A stretch of 64,000 nucleotides of DNA from Lama guanicoe (GCA_013239625.1 MU054187.1:11793893-11857892), one strand, 5' to 3'; positions 1-12,619 are shown, counted from the stretch's first letter. The notes: generated by a model from the sequence alone, not told the origin. Numbers and translations: made by a program.

Positions 1-1949
1 TTAAGTGAAAAAGATGAGTTCTGGGATGAGGCACAGCATCAGTCCACAAAGACATGTTCTGTTTGAGGATGAGAGCAGCAGTCTGTGCTTATTAAAGAAT
101 AACAATTAAATACATTTTTGCACATAAAAAATGAAAGGAATTGACATATAAAATAAAGGATAGAAAAGAGACATAATGAACACTAAATAGGCCAAAGAAA
201 TCAGCAAAAATTGATCACCACCTTCAGGACAGGTAGACAGTGGGATCCAAAATGGTTCCCATCATCATCACAAGCATAATTTGGACATGCTCACTCCCAT
301 TTGCTACTTCAAAATCTAGATGTGGGATAAGGAAGAGAAAAAATAATTACTGAAGTAGTTAAGATAAACATTTAAAAAATTGAACCTGAGGACGTAGAAA
401 TGGAGAGGAGAAGAAAGAACTAAAAGGTATTTAAGAGGCATAGATAGCAGTTTGGGTTCAACATTAATAATAATAAAAAATGTGACTAAAAAGCATATTA
501 CAAAAGTTATGGATCAGTGTGAGATATTGTGATTATTGTTGGAGATTTAGAATCACAGATAGAGAAGAAGTACTTAGGTATTTGTTTATTGTCCAGTCAG
601 AGCACAGAAAGATACTCCCTGGGGTCCAAGCATCTCTCTTCCTGTTCAATTCCAGACTCCATCTCTTCTTGTTCTTTTTAGAAACTTAGATTAATGCCTC
701 TGAAGTTCTTTAATACCATATATTTAATGGTGTTTTATATCATAACTAATAATGCTACACCATTTATTGATCTGCCCATAAACACTGCCTTCCAATTACT
801 CTCTCAACAATATTTCCTTGTTAGTGAGCACAAATACAAATCAAAGGACCAGAATCTGAAAGAAAATACGAATGATAATGCATTTCCCAGTCATGTTATA
901 TGGACTGTAATTTCATAGAAGAAGTATACAATTACTCATCTTCCAACCATGTCTTCCCTTGAACACCTTAAGCCATAATGACTGCCTCCCTAGAAGGTGA
1001 TATATGTCAGCACTGATGACATCCCTGCCTCGCAGACACCACCGCCAGCAAGCAGGGCAGATGAAAGACCTGACTGCAAGCGAAGAAAAGCGGTCCCACT
1101 CATTCTAATTATACCCCTCCTCACACATGGTTTAGACCCCACGCAGGCGAGCACCGTGCCATCCCATGGAGGCAAGAGAGGACTTTAATCAGAAGGACAA
1201 GCTCTCATTATGGAGCAAAAGTTTTAAAAGCCCTTACAAGAGTAAGGCACAGCCACCTCTGCAGAACTGACTGGCACATGACACAGAGCCTGTGGAAGGG
1301 CTGGGGTGACCTTGGGTGTCAGCAGGAGAGATGCACAGGATATAAGATGCTCACCTGAACTACTATAAATAGTAGCACTGCAGTCAGACCATGGACAGGT
1401 GAGAGCTGAGAAGAGCCCAGACCCCTGGCCCAATCCATGGGTCAGCAGGGGACTGCTTCAAGACCAGATCCTTGAATGTGTCCTGTGTCACCAAAAGTCA
1501 GCCTGTAAGCACCATTCTAGTAATCAGCTTAGTACACTATTATCAAAGAAATAATGTACCAGTTTTTGGAAACCATTTGCTGCTAGACTGCCCTCCTGGA
1601 ACCAAGGTTCTGGCCACATGGTCAGAGATAACTTCCTAGGTGCAGAATTCAGTAACTAGGGGGTGTCTGGTGGATGCCAGGGGCAAGATAGAGCATCAAA
1701 GAGCATCTAGAGGAGAAAACAGAGATGAGGCCTGCCCAGTTTAATCCAGGATAGATTGCCCCACTAGAAGGCAATTCTGAGTCCCAGACATTGGAAGAAA
1801 ACTTGGAAAAATTTTCAGAATACACTTCCAGATGTAGAGTTAAAAACAGTATCTCTGCTTGTCCTGGTCCAAGGGTGGTTCTATCTAAAATATTGGTTCT
1901 TCACAGTTACAAATATGAAGTGAGTTAGCCATGAGGATGACTGGGAGAA

Positions 1950-3240
1950 AGCGTACCATGATGGTAGACAGTCTGTATAAAGGACCTACAGCAAGAAGGT
2001 AGCTAGCTGGCCAGTAAGAAGACCAGAATAGTGCCCGGCTAATCAGAGGAGTCAGTGAGGGACTGATCATAAGGGAGGAGTGTAGAGAGAAAAAAGGACA
2101 GCCAGATATGTCTGATTTTTACTAACTGTAAGGAATTTAGCTTTTACCCTGAGTGACATGGAGAGTGTTTTCAGAATACTGCATGGAAGTATGATAGGAT
2201 CTGACTTATGTGTCTGAAGGATAATTCTGAGACTGTGTTGAGGATAGAGTATTAGAGCAAGAATGCCAAAATAAAAGTAAGAATAGATGTGAGGGAATTG
2301 CAATAATTCAGGGGAAATACAATAGTGGTTTGGAACAAAGTAATAGATCGAAAAGTGATTAGAAGTGATTTAAATTGAAGTGTATATTGAAGATTAAGCC
2401 AACAGGATTTCCTGACAGACTGAACGTGGGATTGAAAAAAAGAGACCGAATGTGCCATCACCTGAGACAGAGAATTTGTGAGTGGAGTAGGTTTGGAGAT
2501 GAGGGAAGAATCGGGGCACAGATTTCATGTATTCAGCTAAGAAATCTATTATGACTATTTAGGAGGAAATAGCATGGATGAAGAAAGAGCATGGGTTTCC
2601 TCAACCTCAGGAAAGAAGTCTGAGCTAGAGGTAACAATCTGGGAATCGTGGTCACGTAAAGCAAATGGGCCAAGGAAGGCTGGGGGAAATGATGCTGATG
2701 GAGTCGGTAAGATGAGAAGTGAGAGATGACAATTATGTTTCATGACCCAGAGGTCCTTGTTGACATTGAGAAGAGCTTTTTAATAATTGAAGTGTGGCTG
2801 AAAGGGTTTAAAGAGAATGGAAGGACAGAAATTGGAGACAGGTGTTACAGAATCTCTTGCTACAAAGAGGAGAGAATGGCATGAAGTAGTAGCTGATAAA
2901 TGAAAAGGAATCAATGGAAGATTTAATGTTAAAGATGAACAGAATAATAGATTGCTTCTTTGCTGATGTAAACTGATTCAGTAAAAAGGGAAATGTAGAT
3001 AAAACAAAAGATATAGAAGCTATTTTTAGACTAATGTCTTCATGTAAACAAGAAGGAAATGAGATCCAGTGTATAATAAAGATGTTGGTTGCCTTTGGAT
3101 AGGAGCACATATAATGAACGCATTTTTAAGAGTAGGTAGGAAGGTAGCATGTAACTGAATGAGTGCTGGAAAACGGTAGATATAACTGGAAAAGTCTGAG
3201 GAAGTTCTCTTTGATGGCTTAAATTTTTCTGAGTGAAATA
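1950..3240 (-). mobile_element. L2 LINE remnant
   Basis: Antisense L2-type phrases, e.g. ggaatttagcttttaccctgagtgacatgg, atgataggatctgacttatgt, gccaacaggatttcctgacagactgaacgtggga. Confidence 0.65.
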
Positions 3241-4089
3241 GTAAGTTTATTTAATGTCTCCTAATAAGTTGGATGTTGGTGGTAGTTTTTCAGGCCAATA
3301 TTCTCTTTCAAATTAAAGCACAAATGTTATTCCTACTTGCAATGTCTTTTTATTATGAATAGTATTGAACTGTTCAATTCTGATACAGAGATCATTTGAT
3401 TACAGTCTAATATTAACCACAGCAAGTTCCCCTAAAAAAGCAATAAGACCAATATTTATTTCAACATCAAAGTGTTAAAGAAACAAAGAAAATACAGTCA
3501 TTGGCTGCCAATATGTTTAATTAGCAAAGCTACTTCATGTAAAGAAATTAGGCAGACCTTTAAAACACATAAGGGGAGAAATTTGTGAACTCTAATTGAC
3601 AGATAATAATTTCAGCATGAACAGTCAGAATGGCTCAACTATGTAATAGAAAATGTAAATTCTGCACATACCTGTGATGCTGGAGAATTACCAAAAAGGT
3701 TACAATTATTTAATGTTAGGAATCTCATTATGACCCTTCCAGTTCTTTAATTCTTTAATTAAAATAGGAAAAATGATTATCACAAGGTTCTTACAGAGAT
3801 CAAAGTTTTCACACTGTCAGGGGCTTTATCTTCTTCTCTGACATGAAGCAGGGTGAAGAATTACAAAATGAACGGAGAAGTTTAATTTTAAGATGCTGTG
3901 AGCAGGCAGTAAACATGTTCTATCACTGACATGCCAAGAGTTAAATGGAAGCTTTGCAAAGATGCTTGATGCCAAATTGCTGAGCCATCTTTAAGCTCAT
4001 AAAGGATTTGATATTTAATTATTACTCTAATCAGAGTTGCTCTGATGCCCAGATACTTTCTGAACCTGAGGGTTAAAAACTGATTCCTT

Positions 4090-4536
4090 GTGAACCTTTC
4101 ACATCTCACATTGTGCCACGTTCCCTCTTGTCCACTGTGCACTGGTCTCCTTGACCTTCTTCGCTTCCAGTTGGTTTCCTACCTTGCAGCCTCTGCACAA
4201 GCTTTTCTCTATTGCCTGGAACACTCTTCCCACTGATTGCTTAAGGATGGTTCTATCTCATCTTTCAGGACCTAGTTTAGAAATAACCTCTCAGAGAAGC
4301 CTCCTGTTGACCCAACTAGAGCTATCCAGTCACCCTGCACCACTCCGTTACAGTTTTCTGGAAACCATTTGTCTCTCTCTGACTTTATTTTCATTTCTAT
4401 ATGTGGTCTCCTGCTCTAGAATGTAAGCCCCAAGTTAAAAGGGATACACTGTCTTATTCATCCCTGTGTATCCCGATCCTAAAAGAGCATCTGACTTCAT
4501 ACAAACTCAGCAAATACTCTTCAGTAAATAAATGAA
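4090..4536 (+). mobile_element. L2 3' end
   Basis: ttgcctggaacactcttccc...ctagaatgtaagcccc...tcttattcatccctgtgtatccc...cagcaaatactcttcagtaaataaatgaa. Confidence 0.7.
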
Positions 4537-4881
4537 CCTCATAGTTCTCAAAAATAGCTGGTGATAATTAACATGAAATTCCTATTGCAATACATATTTA
4601 GTGTTTAAAACTAAAAATATTGGTTTAAATGTTGTGCTTGTATGAAATACTGTAACTGATGTTGCCATTACTGTCATCATATGTGATAGATGGTTTAAAA
4701 TAAGAAAACTATAACAGAATGCTAATTGATGCTAAGACATTAGACTTCCCATATGCCTAGTTAAGGGAGGCAGTTAAGTTTAAAAAAGCATCAGTGCCTT
4801 TCAGTGACAGGCAAAGCAAGATCTGAGAGAAAATAAACATCCTTTGTATTTAGAGATCCAACTCTAAGTTGTAATAGCAAG

Positions 4882-5464
4882 TGTTACCAGAGAGTAGGTT
4901 CTTGTCTCATAGCAGAAAGAATTCAGAGACAAGATGCAAAGGTCAAGAAAGAAAAGTAAAGATTTATTAAGCAGTAGTAAGCTCTCAAGGGGACAGTGGG
5001 CAGACTCAGATAAGTAGCTGGGCTGAGTTTCTTTGGCAAGCTGGTTATAAGGGGTGTAAAATAAATGGGTGGAATATTCTTTGGGGAGAGAGGAATTTGG
5101 GGTGTTATTCCCTAATTTTCATCCCAGGTCCACCTTCCTGAGGAGGAGGGGGTTTTGTCCTTAGTTAGTCTTAATTGGAAGTGTCATGGCATCAGCACCT
5201 GATGGGTACTTCTTATCTGCAAGGCTAATTTTATTGTAATGAGGGCTTAATGTGCAAAATGTTACATTCAGATGCCAGAGATTCTCAGCTTTTCCCACCT
5301 TTCTTTTTCTACCTCCAAGATACTTATCACCCCAAAACGTATGATTTCTTAGTCCATTGGTTCCCACTTTTCTTTGTCTGGTGAAGCACCCCATTGTTTA
5401 CAGGATGTATAATATCCTGCCATTTGGCCCTTGCCCCTGTTTCTCTGCTTACATTTAGCTATCA
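4882..5464 (-). mobile_element. Solo ERV1-type LTR
   Basis: TG...CA termini, ~580 bp, AATAAA on the minus strand near 4963; its left end (aggttcttgtctca...gaattcagagacaag) is related to the LTR at 62951-63567. Confidence 0.65.
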
Positions 5465-5819
5465 TAGTTTAAAAAAATCAAGGCTATAGAATTACTTTTT
5501 TCTCATAAAGAATATACATACAGACAGAAGATTTTGAAGTATATTGACTCCAACATGAGTGATTCTTATTCCGCTTCTCTAAAGGAAGAAAAATGGTAGA
5601 GGAGATATTTGGGAGAATTGTCTTCCATATTAAATAGTAAATTACTAATCTGAGATTGTACTTGCTTTCAAAAGTTTCCAAAAAAGACATTCAGAAGCAT
5701 GCAAACTAGATAGTTCTAGTTCCTATATTGTTTGTATTATTTTTTCTCTCCTACTTTTTACCCCCCAAAATTTTGAATTTGCAAATATCAAAAAAAAAGC
5801 TAAACTACTTTAAAATTTA

Positions 5820-6400
5820 TATTTATTCAATAATATTTATTAAGCACCTACTAGGTGACAGGCAATATTCTACCCAAGCAAGAACAAATAAACGTAATTC
5901 CTGACCTTACAGGAATTACAACCTTGTGGGGAAAACAGAAAATCAAAGTCAATAAATAACTTTTAATTCTAGTTTGGGATTGTTGATATTCAAGATATAA
6001 CCAGATGAAGAATTAAGAGAATAACTGAGGGGAAAGACTAGAGAAAGTCATCAGGAAAGACTTGTCTAAGAAGGTGGGAGTTCAACTGAAAGTGGAAAAA
6101 ATGAGATTTAGACAGACAAGTGAAACTCTGGAAAAGATCATTCCAGCAGTGAGCTGAGTAAGAAAAATAAAACCCTGAGCTGAGAAATGCTTAAATTATT
6201 TAAAAGATGAGAAAAAAAAAAAAAGGAGAGAGAAAAAGACTGAGAGAGTGGCCAGAACCTTGTAAGAAAAGGAATGGGGCACAAGATGTACTGGAGATGT
6301 AGGAAGTAACATGATCTTAACCTGACTCACATGATTAAAAGATACCATTGGCTGCTGAGTCCTCAAAGGATTGGAATGAATGGGGAGGGTAAGAATGCAT
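5820..6400 (-). mobile_element. L2 3' end
   Basis: ttattcaataatatttattaagcacctactaggtgacaggc...catcaggaaagacttgtctaagaaggtg...attccagcag. Confidence 0.65.
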
Positions 6401-6421
6401 TGTTTTTATAGAAAAGAATTC

Positions 6422-7085
6422 TTATAAGTTAGTAACTACACAAGGTGCCTTTGCTTCATCCAGTTTTCTAATGGATTTTTTCATCTCCATGTTCCTTAAG
6501 GTGTAGATCAAGGGATTTAACATAGGTGCAACAGTGGTAAAGGTCATAGCCATTGCCTTGTCTATGGAGGAAGTGATGACAGGTCTCATGTACAAGAAAA
6601 TGCACAGCACAGAGAACAAGATGACCACTATGAGGTGGGAGCCACAGGTGGAGAGAGCTCTACGCCGCCCTTGAGAACTGCAGAACTTCAGGCAGCAGAG
6701 GATGACCACATAGAACGTGATGAGGATAAGAAAAATGGCCACACACATCATCCCCCTGTTGAGGCTGACCAAGAGGCTCAGGATGTGAGTATCCATTCAG
6801 GCCAGTTTCAACAATGGGAACAAATCACACATAAAGTGGTCTATGATATTGGGACCAGAGAAGGGTGTTTGATACAGGAAGAGAAACTGCATGACTGTGT
6901 GGATAAATCCCTCTCATGGCCCCTTCCAGCAAAAGGAAGCACACCCAAGGCCTTATGATAGTCATGTAGTGCAGGGACTTAGAGATGGCCACATAGGGGT
7001 CACAGGCCATCACAATGAGAATAACAATCCCCACTCCACCAAAGAAGTGGTCAACAAAGAGCTGGACCATACAACCTTACAACCT
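6422..7085 (-). pseudogene. Olfactory receptor family 4C pseudogene (OR4C6-like), 5'-truncated
   Basis: Translation gives [38 protein letters not shown] (degenerate MAYDRYVAICKPLHY), then after a frameshift near 6915 [46 protein letters not shown]...[11 protein letters not shown]...[10 protein letters not shown]...LYMRPV...IDKAM...[15 protein letters not shown] at 6797-6799 replaces a conserved Cys. No TM1/TM2 (PMYFFL) seen upstream. Closely resembles recalled human OR4C6. Confidence 0.93.
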
Positions 7086-8179
7086 CCCTAAAGAGGGAGA
7101 CAGACTAGCACTCTGAAACAAGGCCTGCACAGAACAAGCTCCAGAGGGGAAATACCAGTGCGATCTACGGATTTCAGAAAAGAGAACTGAGCTAGTCCTT
7201 GACATGAGCATTTAGACAATTATAAATTTAGAAACTGAACAAGAAGGATGATAGTATGAGCAAGGCAGGAAGATAAAAGTGGAAAACATGGTGTACATAG
7301 TCAAAATTTAAGGACTTTGACATCAGAAAACCTGGGTTTCCATATGGCCCTTCCAGAGATTTTATTAACTAGAGGTTGTATATTTTCTCTAAACCTCGGT
7401 TGCTCTTTTCAGAGTTGTTGCAGTAAACATTTTAAGTTCCTAGCATTATAGTTTAAATTTTAATATTCAACTTTCAAACATTAAAATGTAATGGAAATGT
7501 GAACTTATATTAGTTTACATATTTATTGAGTGGTATAATATCCTGGCATATTTTGTGTGTCTCATAAAACTTAGTCACTGTCACCCCTATTAATCCCAGG
7601 TATGAGGTGTCTTGAGTAGATGCACTGGCCAGACTGGAGTTCAGTTGGAAATAAGTAGTAAGAGCTGTAAACTTGAAGAGACCTATGTAAATTCTTGATT
7701 TTTCACATTAGAGTTAGGTTTTTGTTCTGAGTACCTATGATATGTCAGACAACCTCTCTTGGCATCAGTTTCATCCTCCGTAAAATTGGAAACTAACATC
7801 ACCCACCCCACATGGTTGTTGTAAAGACTAAATGATTTTGTATATGCAAAGGGCTTAGATCAGCTTCCTTACTGCTTTTCCCAGCATGAGGAAAATGCTC
7901 CTGACCACAAATTATTTCAAAACAGATCACCTGGCTTTGGACCATGAGTTTACATCTGTATCTATTAAATGCTCCGTTTTGCCAGCAGGATATCAGCCTA
8001 ATGACTCCTCAACACTTGGTAGCATGTAGGTTTTTGAATTGACTCTCAAAGAAAAACCTTCCAAAATTGTTTCTAAAACACAGTTCTAACCAAAATAATT
8101 TATTTTTATAAACTGTTAAAGTAAAACATGGCCCAAGGAAAGTAGTTTATGTAGGTAGATAGAGTGACAAAAATTTAAA

Positions 8180-8830
8180 GTAAAAAATCCTCTCCCAACC
8201 GTAAGCGCTCATTCTCTTTCGATGCTTTATTAACATCTTAGTAAATTCTCCTTAGAGGTGCATTTGTATGTAGGTATATATGTAGTCATGTATGTGTTTT
8301 ACTCTGTAAAAGGTCTTAAAAATATAATAATACATTTGAAATTCTAATTACATTTTGTATGGGCACTATTTGTCAATGTTTATTTTCCTTCATTTTGATT
8401 GCTACATCTTATTCCATATCATGGTTATAACATAATTCCTTTAACAAGTCCATTTTTGCTTGAACTTTAGTTTATTTCTAATGTTTTGCCTTATACACAG
8501 GGCTACAATGAGCATCACTTACAGAAATCACTACCAGCTGGGTTGAACACTTGGAGAAATCTATGTCAACACCAAGTCAAAAAATACGCATATGTTTAAA
8601 TTTGATAGATTCTATAACACTGCTCTCAAAATACTGAAGTATCTTTTGTTCGCATAAATAGTATATTAAAGAGTAATTTTCCCCACAGCCTTACCAGCAG
8701 TACATATTATCAGACTTTGATATATTAAGAAAAGAAGATGAGGTGAAAAATGGTTTCATTTTTGTTTGCACTCATTCAATCATACATCGATGGATTTTCA
8801 TTGATTACATAAACAATGAATATTGGTCTC
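8180..8830 (-). mobile_element. Old L1M 3' region, antisense
   Basis: Degenerate L1 3'-UTR phrases (ctacaatgagcatc, tttccccacagccttaccagcagtacatattatcagactttg, ggtgaaaaatggtttcatttttgtttgcact). Confidence 0.55.
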
Positions 8831-8860
8831 CAGATAAAATTATACTAACTGCGATGTAAT

Positions 8861-8925
8861 GTGGGGCCCGGGCCGCGGGCGGCGGAGCGCGGAGGCGAGG
8901 CCGTGCTCGGCGTGGCTGGAGGGCG

Positions 8926-8961
<36 letters not shown>

Positions 8962-9338
8962 ACGGCTCGGAAGCCGGGGGCTCGGGGGCCCCGGGCCTGA
9001 AGCGCCGCCTCTCGGCTCTGCTAGCAGGTCCGGGGAGCACAGCCCTCGCTCCGCCGCCGCCCGCCCCAGGCCCCGGAGCGCGGCGGAGGAGCCCCTCAAA
9101 GAGCCAGGGGCCCGCGCCCCGCGCCCCCTAGACACGGTGGGCCACCTGCACCTGCAGGGCACGGAGGAGAGCCCCAAGGCGAAGAGCCGGGGGAGCTTGC
9201 TGGACAGCCCCGACTCCGGGCTGCCCCCCAGCCCCACCCCAGCCCGCCCTTCTACTCCCTGGCGCTTGGCGTCCTCGAGGCCCGCGCGAGGGGGCGCGGG
9301 CGCCTCGTTGGAGCCCCGGAGCACCCCGGAGAAGCCAG
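8861..9338 (+). pseudogene. RFLNA: Copy of RFLNA (FAM101A) exon 1 (5' UTR plus ~65 N-terminal codons), start codon lost
   Basis: From 9134: TVGHLHLQGTEESPKAKSRGSLLDSPDSGLPPSP versus recalled human MVGHLHLQGMEDSLKEQGREGLLDSPDSGLPPSPSPSPPFYSLAPG. SPPFYSLA is readable in a shifted frame from 9241 and GGAGASLEP is back in frame near 9290. ATG is ACG at 9134 and 9161. RFLNA downstream exons (RPRMLPVFFGESI etc.) were not found in the window. Confidence 0.9.
8926..8961 (+). repeat. (GGC)12 trinucleotide repeat
   Basis: Twelve uninterrupted GGC units; gives the poly-Ala and poly-Arg runs in the overlapping ORFs. Confidence 0.95.
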
Positions 9339-9433
9339 GTGAGGCTGCTGTAAATATCCTAAGGTGCACGGGACAGCCCCACTGCAAAGAAGCATTTGGC
9401 CCAAAACGTCAGCAGTGCTGAGGTTGAGAACTC
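9330..9433 (+). mobile_element. MER20 (hAT-Charlie) right half
   Basis: gccagg..gctgctgtaaatatcctaaggtgcacgggacagccccactgcaaagaagcatttggcccaaaacgtcagcagtgctgaggttgagaa matches the recalled MER20 3' half and the more complete copy at ~28615-28798. Confidence 0.8.
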
Positions 9434-9434
9434 C

Positions 9435-9530
9435 CACACTCGCCGCATTTCAAGGGCTCAGTGTGCACTCAGAGCTGGCGGCTGCATTATGGGCCAGCAC
9501 AGACAGAGGACATTTCCATCCCTCACTGCT
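9435..9530 (+). mobile_element. MER3/MER33-like hAT fragment
   Basis: cgcatttcaagggctcag...ggcggctgcattatgggccagcacagacagaggacatttccatc resembles the MER3 3' part. Confidence 0.55.
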
Positions 9531-12500
9531 GACGTTTCCACTGGTAAGCTCCAGCCAAGGTGAGAGAGAAGATGTGAGGAAACGTGAGGTGAGGAAGAGC
9601 GAGAGGAGGGAAGTAAGATTCTTTTAAAACAGATTTCTCTGCATGGGTCACTGCAGATTACATCTTCCTTTTCCACAGACAGTCTGTAAGTGGCTTATGT
9701 GGCTGTCTTCTTATGTGAGAGGACTGACATCTTTTGAACAGAACACTGGTTTGGCCAGGCCTGTGTTACGGGGTGGATGCCCTGGTCTTCTGGCTTCGAA
9801 GCTAGTGCCCATTCCACTCTGTCACACTGTCTCCCTCGAGAAAGTTTTTAAAGACTGAAGTAGTCAACATAGAACGTTTAGAAATAGGCCAAGTGTCAAA
9901 ACTGGAAACAGTTTTTCTTTAAATTATTATTATTGAAGTATAGTCAGTTACAACAATGTGTCAATTTCTGGTGTACAGCACAGTTTTGACATCTTAGTTT
10001 TCCATAGTCACTCTTGGAAGGAAAAGAAAGGTATTTTAAAAAATGAGATTCTTTGTCCTTTATCAAACAATTATGGGACAATTATGAATCTTCCTAAATA
10101 TACAGATCATGTTTGCATAAATATTTTTACTGGAACATCTCATTTCACAAGCGAAGACATCCCCCTGCTCCAACCCAACTCTAGTAGAAACGATAGATGA
10201 GTGATGCCACACTTTACAAAAAGTATTAAGTCATTTTATTTCTTCACGTTTGGGAAGTCCATTTCCCCCAGAGTAGTTTATGCAAATGCAGGTAACATAC
10301 GTATGTGCCTTCATTTTCTTTAGTTTTCTGAAGCTTTCTTCGTTTCTTTCAAAAGAAAAGTTATGGATGCCTTTAAACCTATACAGTTAAGCCATTTCAA
10401 CCAAGTGAGCAATTTTGGAGAGGAAATCAAATTATACAATACTAAACCAGTTACGTGGGAACCCATTATTCAACTTTGGCTAGTTTGTCATTTGAGTTCA
10501 ATGAAAAACAAACCAGTCAAAATAGCAAGAAATATTAATTTAGGACACCCACAGAGTAACTCCTCACAACCATTTCTGAGCAGCATTGTTGATACAGAAA
10601 TGTTTCATTTTAGAGAACAAAGAAATGGGCTTCTTATATTTAACTATCTGGATGGTTGTGTTCTGCCAGTGGTTAAGACCCACGGCTGTTTCCAGCTCCA
10701 CTTGCAGACAGAGATGGTCATTGTCATGAATTTCTCGAGACTTTATTAGGCACCTGGGGGGGAGCTGTCTCTGAACAGCACCAGATGGGAAGTGATTTCC
10801 GGTGAAACGGTTACCATGCCTTTGTCTGAGGAGATCCTTGGGGATGCTGCCTTTCTGCTTTGAGAGTTGCAGACGGCATATGATCAATTTATGTGTTTAT
10901 GTGTGATGACATGCTTTGGCCTAAAAATGATGCCTGTGAAACTGTGGAATTCATTATGTTACCAAATACTCGAGAGCTCCTTTCTCTTAACTCGTGTGCT
11001 GGCCGAGGGGTGCCAACTCCGGAGAGGAGATCTCGGCTCATTGACAGGTACCAAATTCATAGCTTTGGGATTCTGAAAAGTTCCTTTCTTGTATAGGATG
11101 TCCGGTAGTCCATGCACGCAACACTCAGTTTCTCCACTTCCCTCCATGGCCCACACACGCCTTTGAGACTGAATTTGGCAAGAATGACTTACACTCAAAA
11201 AGGGGTTGAGGAAGTGAGCACTTGCTCTTGTGTTACACGGAGCTGATGGTGTGGAGTCAGGGCAGAGATGGCTGCGTCGAGAGGTCAGATGTGCAGATGC
11301 TGCAGTTTGCCAGAGAAAGTCTGTTTGGAATTCCTCCATTGCTCCTGGGCTTCCTCTCATGTTAGGGGCAAGCCAGGGATTTTTGGGTGTGAATTACGAA
11401 TTTCACACAAATGGGGCACGTGCCTTTTATTAGGAGCTCCTCTGGCCTAGAGGTTTCTGCTCATTGTTCGAGTCAGCTATGCCTTTGAGACCTTAAAAAG
11501 CAGACAAAGCAGTCCCATCTCTCCGTTAGCAGTATATGTCATTTTTAGGGATCATTTTTATTTTATTTGTGAGACTTGTTGACTTTCTAAGTCTGACCTA
11601 ACGGGATCACAGAAATGCAATGCAAACCACAAAACAAAGTAGGCATTTTTTAATTTCTAAAAAGAATGAACAAGAGTAAGATTTTCACATTATAAGTTGG
11701 TTGAGACTTTGAGGAAATGCCCTCTGTACTCCCGCCACAGATAGGCTTATGGGTTCTAAGTCACCCCTTCCTGTCACAGAAAAGTGAAGGGGCTTCATGG
11801 GGTCTTCCCACGTCGAAAAAAAAAAAAAAAAGAAAGAAAAAGAAATCCTGACCCTGAGTTTCTCGTTGTAAAGAAAAAAGCCCAAAGGTGGTTATGTTTG
11901 GTTTCTGGGGCCCTCCTGGGAAGCCTGTGATGTCTCCTTCACTGCTGGCGTTTGGATCGTGGTGACAGGCTGAGTGGGCGAAGCTGGCTGACACCTTGGG
12001 CAGAGACGCCGGGCAGACTTGGAACCCAGTTGGCTGGGTGGGGGTGGCTCCTGGCTGGCGGTGTCAAGCTCACCCAGCCTCCTTCACCCTCTCTCGGCCC
12101 CTGCTGTTCGGGTCTCCAAGGACCTGCACGTTCGGTCTTTCCATCTTACTTAAACGTTGACTGCACTCAACCTGGAAAATGAATTAAGCATAATCTCTGT
12201 AGAGATTTGGAAAACTCAGCCAACACGATTGTTTCAAAATAGGAGTTAACTTTATTTTACATGTCAAGGCAGACCAGAACTCACTGTCTGTCTCTTAAAA
12301 CTTCAAAAATACAACCAGGGAGGAGGGCAGTTTGGCTTCATGCCGCAGGGGAGCCCCTCGGAGCCTCCTTCAAGCTGACATCCCTGCCGATGTCGTCCTG
12401 GCTCTAGATGGTGACGCATCCGCGGGCTGCTCTGACTCTTTGTGCAAACCAGGGTTCTGTTTCTGACAGAGTTTGGAAAGACCACCAGCCCTGTCTGACA

Positions 12501-12619
12501 GAGACGTTCCTTCTCCGTGAAGACTGTAGTAATGCTGAGCAGAAACGTGTAAAACCACCAAGTTGCAGTGTTCCCGCCCTTTTTGAAACACCATCATGTC
12601 ATATGAAATCTCTTGTCAG

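Larger units (their letters stand above)
8861..9340. promoter_or_regulatory. CpG island (RFLNA-derived)
   Basis: Very GC- and CpG-rich ~480 bp block with a sharp left edge against AT-rich DNA. Confidence 0.85.

Noticed and set aside
8840..9387. Minus-strand and poly-Arg ORFs over the first CpG island
   Set aside because: Shadow frames of the GC-rich RFLNA exon and the GGC repeat.
8861..9421. Functional RFLNA gene
   Set aside because: No ATG in frame, internal frameshifted segment, and no downstream RFLNA exons in the following 54 kb.
11815..11843. Poly-A tail ending an RFLNA retrocopy
   Set aside because: No nearby AATAAA and no TSD matching the 8840-8860 flank.
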